NCBI GenBank assembly: GCA_030390025.1
Contig: CM059432.1
Location: 147,004,001-147,068,000 of the forward strand
DNA length: 64,000 nucleotides
Direction of reading: 5' to 3'
Origin: Squalus acanthias
Lineage: Eukaryota
Shown here: in pieces, positions 52,314 through 64,000 of the stretch
Numbering within the stretch: the stretch's first letter is position 1
Layout: every line of letters begins with the position of its first letter
The notes under the pieces: model-generated
Told to the model about the DNA's origin: nothing
What the model saw: only the letters and a program-made list of their open reading frames with translations
The model's database searches: none
Position numbers and translations under genes: made by a program

Positions 52314-52724
52314 ATATGTACTTATAGACACATACACATGTATACATGTAGACACACATATATACATAAAAACCAACACATGCACATACAGGGAACTAAG
52401 CAAACCCCGCCCTCCCCAAAGCCAGCTCGCTTCGGCTGGCATTTCCAGCATCTTCAATGGAGTGAGTGGGAGACCGGCAAATCATCAAAGGCCTATTCCT
52501 TGAGGCCCCGCCCCCTGACCCTGTGAACTTCAGTGTGGTCAACGACAGAGTTCGACGCTGCAGATGTCGAGATCATGCCCCTGCAAACTTTCTGGACCCA
52601 TATATCTTACAATTGGCGTGACCTGATAACTTGTGAGTGGCTGGTGTCCGGATCGAGAGTGACACATATAGTTTATATCCCACAGCTACATATCACTCAG
52701 GAGTTATCAGGTCAGTGATTGCAG

Positions 52725-53095
52725 AGTGCAACAGTGGAGTAGTTATGGTACTTGGACTAGCAACCCAGAGGTCATGAGTTCAAATTCCACCATGGCAGAT
52801 TGTGAAATTGACTTCAATAAATCTGGTCATTTGTCGGCTGGCATCCGAAAACGTGACCATGAAAGCTACCAACTGTCCTTCAGGGAGAAGAGCCTGCCAC
52901 CCCTACTGGGTCTGGCCTACACATGACTCTTAATCCCACTCTACAGTGGCCCAGCAAGCTGCTCAGTTGTATAAACCATTGTCGCCCTTACAAGAACAGC
53001 GGTGTTTCAAGAAGACGGTCTCCCGCCACCCTGTTAGGATGGGCAATAAACTGCCTGTTTCCCAGTATCGCCCACATCCTGAGAAGAAATAAAAG
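52725..53095 (+). mobile_element. Degenerate tRNA-headed SINE-like derivative of LINE family X
   Basis: GAGTTCAAATTCCACCATGGCAG head and GATGGGCAATAAA...CGCCCACATCC tail. Confidence 0.65.
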
Positions 53096-53152
53096 GTCCT
53101 CCTATAATCCGTTTATCCTTCAGGAATCATTTGGCCAAGCTTCGGCCTTGCG

Positions 53153-53752
53153 TGGTACAGGGCCTTGGTGAGACCACACCTTGAGTACTGTGTGCAGTTT
53201 TGGTCGCCTTATCTGAGGAAGGATGTCCTTGCCATGGAGGGAGTGCAGCGAAGATTCACCAGACTGATACCTGGAATGGCAGGAACGACGTATGAAGAGA
53301 GATTGGGTCAATTAGACTTATATTCGCTAGAGTTTAGAAGAATGAGAGGGGATCTCATGGAAACTTATAAAATTCTAACAGGACTAGACAGACTAGATGC
53401 AGGAAGGATGTTCCCGATGGTCGGGGAGTCCAGAACCAGGGGTCACAGTCTAAGGATAAGGGGTAAGCCATTTAGGGCTGAGATGAGGAGGAATTTCTTC
53501 ACCCAGAGAGTGGTGAACCTGTGGAATTCTCTCCCACAGAAGGCAGTTGAGGCCAATTCATTAAATATATTCAAGAAGGAGTTAGATATATTTCTTAAGG
53601 CTAAAGGGATCAAGGGATATGGGGAGAAAGCAGGGACAGGGTACTGAATTTGGATGATCAGCCATGATCTCATTAAATGGCGGAACAGGCTCGAGGGGCC
53701 GAATGGCCTACTCCTGCTCCTATCTTCTATGTTTCTATGTTTCTATGTTTCT
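53153..53752 (+). mobile_element. CR1 3' fragment (young subfamily)
   Basis: Open 160-aa ORF (53165-53647) and (TTTCTATG)n tail. Confidence 0.92.
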
Positions 53753-54370
53753 GTCGTGGTCGAGCTGTAACACTGTGGGGCTGATTCTGTGAACCGGGTT
53801 CCATTTCCCCTCGCCCACCAGCTGAGTGATTAACAGTTAGGTGTAAATATTAATTCTGGATGTGATCTCTAATGGTAGGCAGAGTGGTTCCAGTGCTGGG
53901 ACGGTGAACGTTTTGTTTTAATCGCAGCCCCTTCTATTCTCCCGTGTGGCATTGTCTCCCTGAAGTACCAAAATATCTCACACGGCGTAAAGTGGTAATG
54001 ACAGATAATTCACTGTCGTCACTGTTAACGTTTTCTTCCCACAGCCATACACTTAAAATGTAAATATCCCCCCAGCAGGCTCTACACTGCAACTATGGTA
54101 ATTACTTAACTCTATCACTGCTGGCCTGCGACTGGGGAAGAGCAAATCATCAAGCCCGTGTGGGAAATTAACCTTTCCTTTTAAAAAGTAGACAAATTAA
54201 TGTGTTTCTGCAGTCCGGTCTTGTAGAAGCCAGGATTCCAAGCTATTTTCAGAGTGAGACTTGTTTTGAACCAATAAACATGTATGTTTTCGATCCACTA
54301 AGTATAAACCATGAAAGCGTGGTAGGAGATGGTAGGCCAGAATTACCAGTGACCGGCCAGTATTATGAAG

Positions 54371-54740
54371 GACCAATCAATCTTATCAATAACTGGTCAG
54401 TATTACCAGTGACCAATCAATCTTATCAATAACTGGTCAGTATTACCAGGTGACCAATCAATCTTATCAATAACTGGTCAGTATTACCGGTGATCAATCA
54501 ATCTTATCAATAACTGGTCAGTATTACCGGTGACCAATCAATCTTACCAATAACTGGTCAGTATTACCAGTGACCAATCAATCTTATCAATAACTGGTCA
54601 GTATTACCGGTGATCAATCAATCTTATCAATAACTGGTCAGTATTACCAGTGACCAATCAATCTTACCAATAACTGGTCAGTATTACCAGTGACCAATCA
54701 ATCTTACAAGTGACCAAATCAGTATTACTAATGACTGGTC
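54371..54740. repeat. 40-bp minisatellite, about 9 copies
   Basis: Unit GACCAATCAATCTTATCAATAACTGGTCAGTATTACCAGT. Confidence 0.92.
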
Positions 54741-55492
54741 AGTATTGTCACTGACCTGATCTGTTGTAGAAACAGCCCTCTCCCTCCTCTGATCCAAAAG
54801 TGGGCCAATACGATTACTAATCTGCTGTCCTGTAGACCCAAGCTACTGTCTTCTTTTCACCCCTAGCTGATCAGTATGGCTGCTGACCATTGGCCTCCAC
54901 CCCGGCGACCATATAACCTCCACCCTGTTCTATTATCGACTGGTTTACCTTGTCAGACTTGCTTTCCAACTAGTCAGTATGTTCACTAACTTCCAACTTG
55001 TTGACTGGCATTGGTTCTATCAGCCCACATTTGCACAGTATAATCACCAACTCGTTGCTTTGTAGATTAGGCTGCTCCATTTCTTGGGACTAGCTACCCC
55101 TGTGCTCAACAATTGCTTAACAGCCATAGTCCCTTTCATGTTGCTACTAATATTATAATACCATCATCTACAAGCCAAGACCTTGGTACATAGAATACTA
55201 TACAGTAAGCTGCATAAAATAAATGCCAAGTAAATTTGCCTTGACCTCTTTACTGGAATAAAGATCACAGAAAGAACATAAAGCGATCACTTTACATTGT
55301 ATAAAAATTCGTATGCTTCCGATGTTAAACAATTTGGGTTGAAAATGAATTATAAAACGTAAATACAAAATGCTACTTTGGTGTTCAAAATATCAGAACT
55401 CAATTCCTTTTCCTACTGCATTAAACCATTGAGTAGCCATGTCTCATTTTAAATGGTGTCAACTAATATACACTTTTGTCTTTAATTGGAAG

Positions 55493-55621
55493 GTCTGATA
55501 CAGCAATTCTTTACAATGACCGATCAGTACTGGAGAGTCATCATGTCAGTGCAGCTTATCGTCTGCTGCAGGAGGATGAGGAGATGAATATCCTGTTCAA
55601 CCTTACCAAGGATGACTGGAG
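55493..55621 (+). CDS. PDE1: PDE1 coding exon (R-SDTAILYNDRSVLESHHVSAAYRLLQEDEEMNILFNLTKDDW-R)
   Basis: Acceptor ttaattggaag, 129 bp (phase 2/2, completing the AG/G Arg codon), donor AG/gtaag. Motif LYNDRSVLExHH. Confidence 0.95.
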
Positions 55622-55658
55622 GTAAGAAACACAGAACGGTACAAACTGGGGGCTCTTT

Positions 55659-55870
55659 GGGCTGGATTTTGTCTTGGGGTCGGGTTGGGGTCGTGTTACC
55701 CGCATTTCGTGTTCCCCCCCCCGACTCCAGATTAATGTGGATGAATGGTGCAATTTTCACTTAATTGGGCAATTGAGTTCCAGCATGTGGGAACCCATGA
55801 ACCAATTAATGGTTTCAGTCTGAAAGTCTGCCTGGTCTCAGAGACTGCCTGGCTGCTGGTGAGAGAGGAC

Positions 55871-55905
<35 letters not shown>

Positions 55906-56285
55906 TTCACACCTAATACTACTACTACCTTCATCACATCTCCGTTGTAATAGTGGACCTGCAGCTGATAGTCAGCTATCCACTTGTGCTCCCGCCCGGT
56001 TTCACTGGAGTGTTTCACATCAGGCGTACTTCACGTCGGAAAAGGGTTAAACTAGCTAAAACGTTTCAAAATGGCATTACAGAGCCAATTTAGGGATTGT
56101 TAAGGGCTTTAATGGCCTCTCCCGCCTCTTGGAGGCGGGACGGAGTTGGGAACCCCGCGACTGATTTTGTCAAAATTGCGTGGAGGCAGGATGGAGTCGG
56201 GATGGGGTCGGGACCCCCGACTCCGCAACTTTAACCCCCCACACGCCTCCAAACCCGACTCCACGGGTCATTCAAAATCCAGCCC
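55659..56285. mobile_element. Harbinger-type MITE (family A, copy 2)
   Basis: TIR GGGCTGGATTTTG/CAAAATCCAGCCC with a TTT TSD. Confidence 0.82.
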
Positions 56286-57414
56286 TTTGTGTTTCTGGAT
56301 CAGACCCAAGCTGCGGTGTTGAAACACGTCGAGGTATGAAGACAGCCTGGCCTAGGCCTCCTCTCCCCCCCCCCCCCCCCCACACCCCCTTACCACCGAT
56401 TGCTTGGCAGATCTGGGGAAAACGGAGGTGGGAAAGATCTCCCCGCTGGTTTCGGGGGGCCGGTCCGGTTGGTGGAAGCTACCCCTGCCCAGATGTGGGT
56501 GGGTGGGTGTGTGGGTGGTAAATACATTCGCCTCCAGTGTGCTCGGTGCCACTTCACATTATTCAAACTGCTGGAATTACACCTCAATTAGAGGGACGGT
56601 GGAGCCTGGGCCCCTCTCGTCAAACATTCCGCTTTTGGCCACAAGTAATTGTAGTTTATGGCTACACCATACCATTTTATTCAACACTGACGAACTGGAA
56701 AAAATAAAAGCCCTTTATCGGACCGAATATTTCCCAGCTGAAAGATCAATGTTTCCTTTATATAAACATTCCCACAAAGCAAACGGTATGACCTAGAAAT
56801 TTGGGTGCACTCATTTTTTTGGGCACGCGCACAGGGTGGGTGGGTGGGGGGCTGTGCAGGGTACAATCCCTGCGCCTGAATGGCGAGACTCGAGTCAGCC
56901 CCAAAACTGGGCCGTACTTCCATGAAGTGGTCAAACTGAGAAGAGTAAGGACGAGAAGTTCAGGGGTTTCCCACCGGCCGTTGATGAAAAAATGGCGGCT
57001 GACTTGCTTCTGCCCGCTTGCGGCAGGTCCGGCGGCGGCCGCCATTTTCAGCAGGTCGGCAGCGCTGCCAACGCTTGCTAGAGAAATGGAAATGAGGTAG
57101 ATTGTGTCGTCAATGAGTGTGCAACGCTCATTTGATGCACGATCTGCCATTTTCGACGTCGCCGCTCCAATCTTAATCACGACCAGCGGAGCAAGCGTTC
57201 AGCCGCGGTTTGGAACCCCCACCGGCGCTATTTAAAGGGATCATCAACAACATTTGCAGCTGACATAGTTTCTCAGTTTTATTGTCTCTGTCTAAGTTTC
57301 TGCAACTCTTGCAGCTTTCTAAACTTGCTTTGAGGTCACAGGGAGCGTTGCTGCAAGTCGGGAACGCCTTGATTCTCATTGAAAGGCTTCTGCTCACACC
57401 ACTTACTCACAGTG

Positions 57415-58440
57415 ATGGGGGCCTGACCGGCAGTCCCCCTCGTGCTGGAGTATCTTCGGGTGAGGGAACAGAGGCAGAGAAGAAGAGGAGAAGATGCTCG
57501 CAGAGGGAGGAGGCGGAAGGTCAGGAGGGCTCTCAACAGGAGGCCTTACCCACCGAGGGTCTTCCGAAAACACTTCTCCTACCTCCACTTAAGAGAGGAG
57601 CAGTGTATCAGGAGGCTCCGCTTCACCAAGGAGGTGGTCACAGGACTCTGCCACCTCCTGCAACCAGACCTGCAGCCTCAGAGCAGGGCGATCATGGCTC
57701 TCCCAGTGGCCCTCAAGGTCACCGTGGCCCTCAATTTCTTCGCCAGTGGATTCCTCCAGTCTGCAACAGGAGATATAGCTAACATCTCCCAGTTTGCCGT
57801 CCGTCGCTGCATCCGGGAAGTCACTGAGGCTCTCTACTCCAGGAGAAGGGACTTCATTGTCTTCTCCCTGAACAGAGAGAAGCAGGACGAGTGCGCAGGT
57901 GGCTTTGCCAGGATAGCGGGCTTCCCCATGGTGCAGGGCGCCATCGACTGCACACACGTGGCTTTGCGGGCGCCGCATACCAATCCTGAGACGTTCCGGA
58001 ACCACAAAGACTAACACTCACTTAATGTGCAGTTGTTGTGTGACCACGCCCAGCGCATCATGATGGTCAATGCCCGGTATCCTGGCAGCAGTCACGATGC
58101 CTTCATCCTGCGCCAGTCCAGTGCACCAGCAATCTTCCAGCCACCATGTCAAACCCGAGGGTGGCTGCTCGGAGACAAGGAGTATCTGCTCTGCACCTGG
58201 ATGATGACCCCCCTCTGCAACCCCACCACTCGTGTCCAGCACTCCTATAACGACAGCCATGCTGCCACCAGGAACATCATCGAGCAGACCATCCAGGTGC
58301 TCAAGCAATGGTGCCGCTGCCTTGACCGCTCGGGTGGAGCCCTCCAGTACTCACTGAAGCGAGTGTCCCATTTTGTGGTGGTCTGCTGCATGCTCCACAA
58401 CTTGGCCATCATGAGGGCGCAGCCTTGCCACCGAGGATTG
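57415..58440 (+). pseudogene. Harbinger (HARBI1-like) DDE transposase
   Basis: ORFs 57442-58014 and 58027-58503 share a frame, separated by one stop. Motifs GAIDCTHV, YPGSSHDAFIL, GDKEY, RNIIEQTI. Confidence 0.9.
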
Positions 58441-58469
58441 AGGAAGAGAAGGAGGAGGAAGTGGAAGTC

Positions 58470-61400
58470 CAATGTTGGAGCCGGACTCTTCCATGCTCTT
58501 TGACACTAACAAGAGGCTCTCTGGCAGGCCTGCCATTGCACCAAGCATTTCCGTGTGCTTGCCCATTACCCTTCTTCTGAAGGCTGCCCCATCGAGGTCT
58601 TCATCTGAGTCCTGTGGAGCAGAACTCGTGCGCGAACTCGCACTCCAGGGAGCTGGGACTTGAGCTACCCTTTCCCCCGACATAGCTGCAGCCCACTCAT
58701 GCCCGGTGACTCACCACGTGCAGATCCCACCTCTATACTACCCACTAAACTCCGGGCAGTGTCATTTTCTGAGCTGGTGTCTGTAAGTGTCAGATGCAGT
58801 GACGGTGTGTCTTCTTCGTTTTCTTCTTGTTCATCTCCTCCTTCAGTTTGCTCAACATGAAGGACAGGCTGGCCTGCTGGCAGTTCTTCGTTATCTGAAA
58901 GCAGAAAAGAACAGGGTCGGGTTGTGGTGAGGTATGGGGGGAAATCAAGGTATCCATGACTACACCATCAGCAGCTTGTAAGTGAGAAGCGATTGTGGGA
59001 TGAGGGGGAAGTGGGATGTGAGAAGAAGGGTAAGCTGTGACCACACGGCATCATCAGCAACAGCTTCAATGTCTCCACTGGCCACGGACTCCGTCACTGC
59101 CCCTCCAATAATTTCAAGCACCAGTTCCTCCAGGTCAGTGAGGTTCAGTATAGCGGCTTGGCCGCCTCCCGTCTGCCGCTGGTCCCTCCTGTTCTGGGCC
59201 ACCTTTGCCTGCAAGAGAAAGGGAAGTGTGTCAGTGAGTGTGGTGCAATGTGTTTGGGTGAAGTGTGTCAGTGAGTGTGGTGCAATGTGTTTGGGTGATG
59301 TGTGTGTCAGTGAGTGTGGTGCAATGTGTTTGGGTGATGTGTGTGTCAGTGAGTGTGGTGCAATGTGTTTGGGTGAAGTGTGTCAGTGAGTGTGGTGCAA
59401 TGTGTTTGGGTGATGTGTGTCAGTGAGTGTGGTGCAATGTGTTTGGGTGATGTGTGTGTCAGTGAGTGTGGTGCAATGTGTTTGGGTGAAGTGTGTCAGT
59501 GAGTGTGGTGCAATGTGTTTGGGTGAAGTGTGTCAGTGAGTGTGGTGCAATGTGTTTGGGTGAAGTGTGTCAGTGAGTGTGGTGTAATGTGTTTGGGTGA
59601 TGTGTGTGTCAGTGAGTGTGGTGCAATGTATTTGGGTGATGTGTGTGTCAGTGAGTGTGGTGCAGTGTGTTTGGGTGAAGTGTGTCAGTGAGTGTGGTGC
59701 AATGTGTTTTGGTGATGTGTGTCAGTGAGTGTGGTGCAGTGTGTTTGGGTGATGTGTGTGTCAGTGAGTGTGGTGCAATGTGTTTGGGTGATGTGTGTGT
59801 CAGTGAGTGTGGTGCAATGTGATTGGGTGATGTGTGTGTCAGTGAGTGTGGTGCAATGTGTTTGGGTGAAGTGTGTCAGTGAGTGTGGTGCAATGTGTTT
59901 GGGTGATGTGTGTCAGTGAGTGTGGTGCAATGTGTTTGGGTGAAGTGTGTCAGTGAGTGTGGTGTAATGTGTTTGGGTGAAGTGTGTGAGTGAGTGTGGT
60001 GCAATGTGTTTGGGTGATGTGTGTCAGTGAGTGTGGTGCAATGTGTTTGGGTGAAGTGTGTCAGTGAGTGTGGTGCAATGTGTTTGGGTGATGTGAGTTA
60101 GTGAGTGTGGTGCAATGTGTTTGGGTGAAGTGTGTCAGTGAGTGTGGTGCAATGTGTTTGGGTGATGTGTGTCAGTGAGTGTGGTGCAATGTGTTTGGGT
60201 GAAGTGTGTCAGTGAGTGTGGTGCAATGTGTTTGGGTGATGTGAGTCAGTGAGTGTGGTGCAATGTGTTTGGGTGAAGTGTGTCAGTGAGTGTGGTGCAA
60301 TGTGTTTGGGTGAAGTGTGTCAGTGAGTGTGGTGCAATGTGTTTGGGTGATGTGTGTCAGTGAGTGTGGTGCAATGTGTTTGGGTGATGTGTGTCAGTGA
60401 GTGTGGTGCAATGTGTTTGGGTGATGTGTGTGTCAGTGAGTGTGGTGCAATATGTTTGGGTGATGTGTGTCAGTGAGTGTGGTGCAATGTGTTTGGGTGA
60501 TGTGTGTGTCAGTGAGTGTGGTGCAATATGTTTGGGTGATGTGAGTCAGTGAGTGTGGTGCATTGTGTTTGGGTGATGTGCGTGTCAGTGAGTGTGGTGC
60601 AATGTGTTTGAGTGATGTGTGTGTCAGTGAGTGTGGTGCAATGTGTTTGGGTGAAGTGAGTCAGTGAGTGCGGTGCAATGTGTTTGGGTGATGTGTGTCA
60701 GTGAGAGTGGTGCAATGTGTTTGGGTGAAGTGTGTCAGTGAGTGTGGTGCAATGTGTTTGGGTGAAGTGAGTCAGTGAGTGTGGTGCAATGTGTTTGGGT
60801 GAAGTGTGTCAGTGAGTGCGGTGCAATGTGTTTGGGTGAAGTGAGTCAGTGAGTGTGGTGCAATGTGTTTGGGTGATGTGTGTCAGTGAGAGTGGTGCAA
60901 TGTGTTTGGGTGAAGTGTTTCAGTGAGTGTGGTGCAATGTGTTTGGGTGAAGTGTGTCAGTGAGTGTGGTGCAATGTGTTTGGGTGATGTGTGTGTCAGT
61001 GAGTGTGGTGCAATGTGTTTGGGTGAAGTGTGTCAGTGAGTGTGGTGCAATGTGTTTGGGTGAAGTGTGTCAGTGAGTGTGGTGCAATGTGTTTGGGTGA
61101 AGTGTGTCAGTGAGTGTGGTGCAATGTGTTTGGGTGAAGTGTGTCAGTGAGTGTGGTGCAATGTGTTTGGGTGATGTGTGTGTCAGTGAGTGTGGTGCAA
61201 TGTGTTTGGGTGAAGTGTGTCAGTGAGTGTGGTGCAATGTGTTTGGGTGATGTGAGTCAGTGAGTGTGGTGCAATGTGTTTGGGTGAAGTGTGTCAGTGA
61301 GTGTGGTGCAATGTGTTTGGGTGAAGTGAGTCAGTGAGTGTGGTGCAATGTGTTTGGGTGATGTGTGTCAGTGAGAGTGGTGCAATGTGTTTGGTTGAAG

Positions 61401-62800
61401 TGTGTCAGTGAGTGTGGTGCAATGTGTTTGGGTGAAGTGTGTCAGTGAGTGTGGTGCAATGTGTTTGGGTGATGTGTGTGTCAGTGAGTGTGGTGCAATG
61501 TGTTTGGGTGATGTGTGTCAGTGAGTGTGGTGCAATGTGTTTGGGTGAAGTGTGTCAGTGAGTGTGGTGCAATGTGTTTGGGTGATGTGTGTCAGTGAGT
61601 GTGGTGCAATGTGTTTGGGTGAAGTGTGTCAGTGAGTGTGGTGCAATGTGTTTGGGTGAAGTGTGTCATTGAGTGTGGTGCAATGTGTTTGGGTGAAGTG
61701 TGTCAGTGAGTGTGGTGCAATGTGTTTGGGTGAAGTGTGTCAGTGAGTGTGGTGCAATGTGTTTGGGTGATGTGTGTGTCAGTGAGTGTGGTGCAATGTG
61801 TTTGGGTGAAGTGTGTCAGTGAGTGTGGTGCAATGTGTTTGGGTGATGTGTGTGTCAGTGAGTGTGGTGCAATGTGTTTGGGTGAAGTGTGTCAGTGAGT
61901 GTGCTGCAATGTGTTTGGGTGAAGTGTGTCAGTGAGTGTGGTGCAATGTGTTTGGGTGATGTGTGTGTCAGTGAGTGTGGTGCAATGTGTTTGGGTGAAG
62001 TGTGTCAGTGAGTGTGGTGCAATGTGTTTGGGTGATGTGTGTGTCAGTGAGCGTGGTGCAATGTGTTTGGGTGATGTGTGTGTCAGTGAATGTGGTGCAA
62101 TGTGTTTGGGTGATGTGTGTCAGTGAGTGTGGTGCAATGTGTTTGGGTGAAGTGTGTCAGTGAGTGTGGTGCAATGTGTTTGGGTGAAGTGTGTCAGTGA
62201 GTGTGGTGCAATGTGTTTGGGTGATGTGTGTGTCAGTGAGTGTGGTGCAATGTGTTTGGGTGATGTGTGTGTCAGTGAGTGCGGTGCAATGTGTTTGGGT
62301 GTAGTGTGTCAGTGAGTGTGGTGCATTGTGTTTGGGTGATGTGCCTGCCATAGTTGAATAGCTGTCAGTGTGTGCAAGGTGTGAGCTGCGGGTGTGAGTG
62401 TTGCAGCATTTGGTAAGTTTGTGAGGGTGAAGTGAAGCCATGATTGTGAGGTGTGAGTGGAGATAGATAGAGATTGTTGGTAGGTGAGTGATGGGGGTGT
62501 GGTGTATTGAGCAGTGTGTGAGTTTTGTGGTGCAGATGGTGGGATATGGCATTTGCTGAACCCTTCACTCACCTTGACCTGCCGTGTGAGGTCATTCAAC
62601 TTTTTCCGGCATTGGATCCAGGTCCTTGGGACCACACTGGTGGCCATGACAGAGTCAGCTATCTCCTCCCACAACCTTCTGCAAATGGCCTTGGATGGCC
62701 TCTTGCCTCCCTGCGGGTACAGGACAGCCCGCCTTCATTGCACCGCTACGACCAAGGCCTCCAGTGCAGCATCTGAAAGCCTTCTTGCTCGCTGTGCCAT
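58470..62800 (-). pseudogene. Harbinger Myb/SANT-like DNA-binding protein gene (exon 1 62800-62573; exon 2 59208 to ~59046; exon 3 from 58894)
   Basis: MAQRARRLSDAALEALVVAVQ*RRAVLYPQG...LWEEIA...RTWIQCRKKLNDL, donor gtgagt. Acceptor tcttgcag precedes AKVAQNRR...TGGG. One in-frame TGA. Confidence 0.8.
59226..62343. repeat. 37/39-bp tandem satellite, about 80-85 copies
   Basis: Unit GTGTGTCAGTGAGTGTGGTGCAATGTGTTTGGGTGA(A/T)[GT]. Confidence 0.97.
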
Positions 62801-64000
62801 GGCTTGCTCGACAATGACAATGAGGTGCTTCAGAAACAAAGCACCTCCCCTTTAAGTAGTGTGGTGAGCCTAGGCCAAACTTTATTGGCCATTAGACTGC
62901 ACCCGATATTGGCCCCTCTACTGAGCGCTAAGCCAATCAGCAGCGCGTTTAGTGCTGAGGTCAGCGCTCCAATCATTATAATGAGCAGGCAGCATGAATT
63001 TTGCGTGAAGACTGCACCACTTTGAACGGGCGCAGGCAAATAGCGCTGGTCCGTGACACCGCCCGTTTTCAGACCAACTGCAATTTCTGTGTCTTAAGAT
63101 TTAGCTTGGCCGGCGAAGCGCTTTTGAAGCAACAATATCAAGGGCCCTCGGGTAAGTGAGGAAGGATGGCAGCTGGTTAGGGAGTGATCGGTGGCCTGGG
63201 AGAGATCGCTGGCTGGGGGGAGGAGGATTACTAGCTGTGGGGGGGGTGGTGGGGAGTGGGCGAGGGCGGGGGGAGACAATCAAGAGTCAGTAGGTGCAAT
63301 CGTTGGCTGGGGGAAGCGATTGGTTGTCTGGTCGGGGGGATCAGGAGCAAGTGGTGGGGGCGCGGGGGGCGGGGGGGAACAGCCTGTGTTCGTTGAATGT
63401 GGGGTCGGGAGGGTAGCACTCCTGCTCAGGTATATATATTTTAACAACTTACCTTGTTGGTGGCAGCCTGCAACGGCCCCTTTCCTGAGTGCAGCCGACA
63501 CTGGTGCTGACCGCCTCGGGGCAAAGCAAACCAGCAGTGGGCACCTCAAAAAAGGCATCGATAAAGCTTTTAATAATGATCCACATGTCAGACTTCAAAT
63601 TAAACTAAAAGGCACAGGAATTCAGGAAAAGACATGTGTTGGTTAAAAAGTAGGAAATAGAGAATACTCATCAGAGGTGTTGAGTACAGTACTCTCGCCC
63701 TTGTTGCTTCTAACCAGGCACTCGACAGGTTTCCAAGGTGGCTCCTGGCCTGGCAGCTCCTCACTGAGCTGATCTGCTCTTCAACTCTATCCGTGGTCAT
63801 CCGTTGCCATCCACTGCCCTTTCTTCCCCCAATCTCCTCTCTTCAATTGCTGCAGATACCCTGCCCCCTGATAGTGAAGGCATTTCAGCCCAAACTACAA
63901 GTTTAAACTACAAGCTGAGTGCTCCCCCTGCAGAGTCCGCTGCCCATCCCCCGGCCCGGCATGTCTTTGTTCTCACTGAGCTCCTTCAACTGCTGGAACT

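Larger units (their letters stand above)
56790..63093. mobile_element. Two-gene PIF/Harbinger transposon (convergent transposase and Myb/SANT genes), centrally deleted
   Basis: Imperfect TIR GACCTAGAAATT/AATTTCTGTGTC. Transposase on +, spliced Myb-like gene on -. TSD not clean. Confidence 0.7.

Noticed and set aside
59226..62343. CRISPR-like array with ~37-bp period
   Set aside because: Head-to-tail repeats with no unique spacers, no cas genes, and a eukaryotic context.
57415..62800. Domesticated host genes HARBI1/NAIF1
   Set aside because: Stops, frameshifts, TIR-like ends and multiple copies indicate transposon relics.

Overview
Eukaryotic, vertebrate-type DNA; the repeat inventory suggests a cartilaginous fish (inference). 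One host gene crosses the window on the + strand: four consecutive GT-AG coding exons (1491-1607, 17982-18122, 50507-50607, 55493-55621) of a Ca2+/calmodulin-dependent cyclic nucleotide phosphodiesterase (PDE1) catalytic domain. The introns between them are about 16, 32 and 5 kb, and most intronic sequence is nested transposon debris: CR1, L2 and RTE LINEs, a Gypsy element with a 120-bp LTR, PIF/Harbinger elements and MITEs, Penelope-like elements with minimal hammerhead motifs, two SINE families and tandem repeats. Most notable: (1) an APE-RT LINE that begins with a tRNA-like Pol III A/B-box head, has no ORF1 and no TTTT on its sense strand, with internally deleted SINE-like derivatives nearby, suggesting a Pol III-transcribed LINE/SINE system; (2) a roughly 1-kb inversion reconstructable from split TEs; (3) a templated inverted 105-bp insertion; (4) a 3.1-kb satellite that arose inside a Harbinger intron; (5) TSD-flanked ~200-bp palindromic hammerhead elements. 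All calls were made by eye with no database searches. TE boundaries are approximate unless TSDs or TIRs are given.
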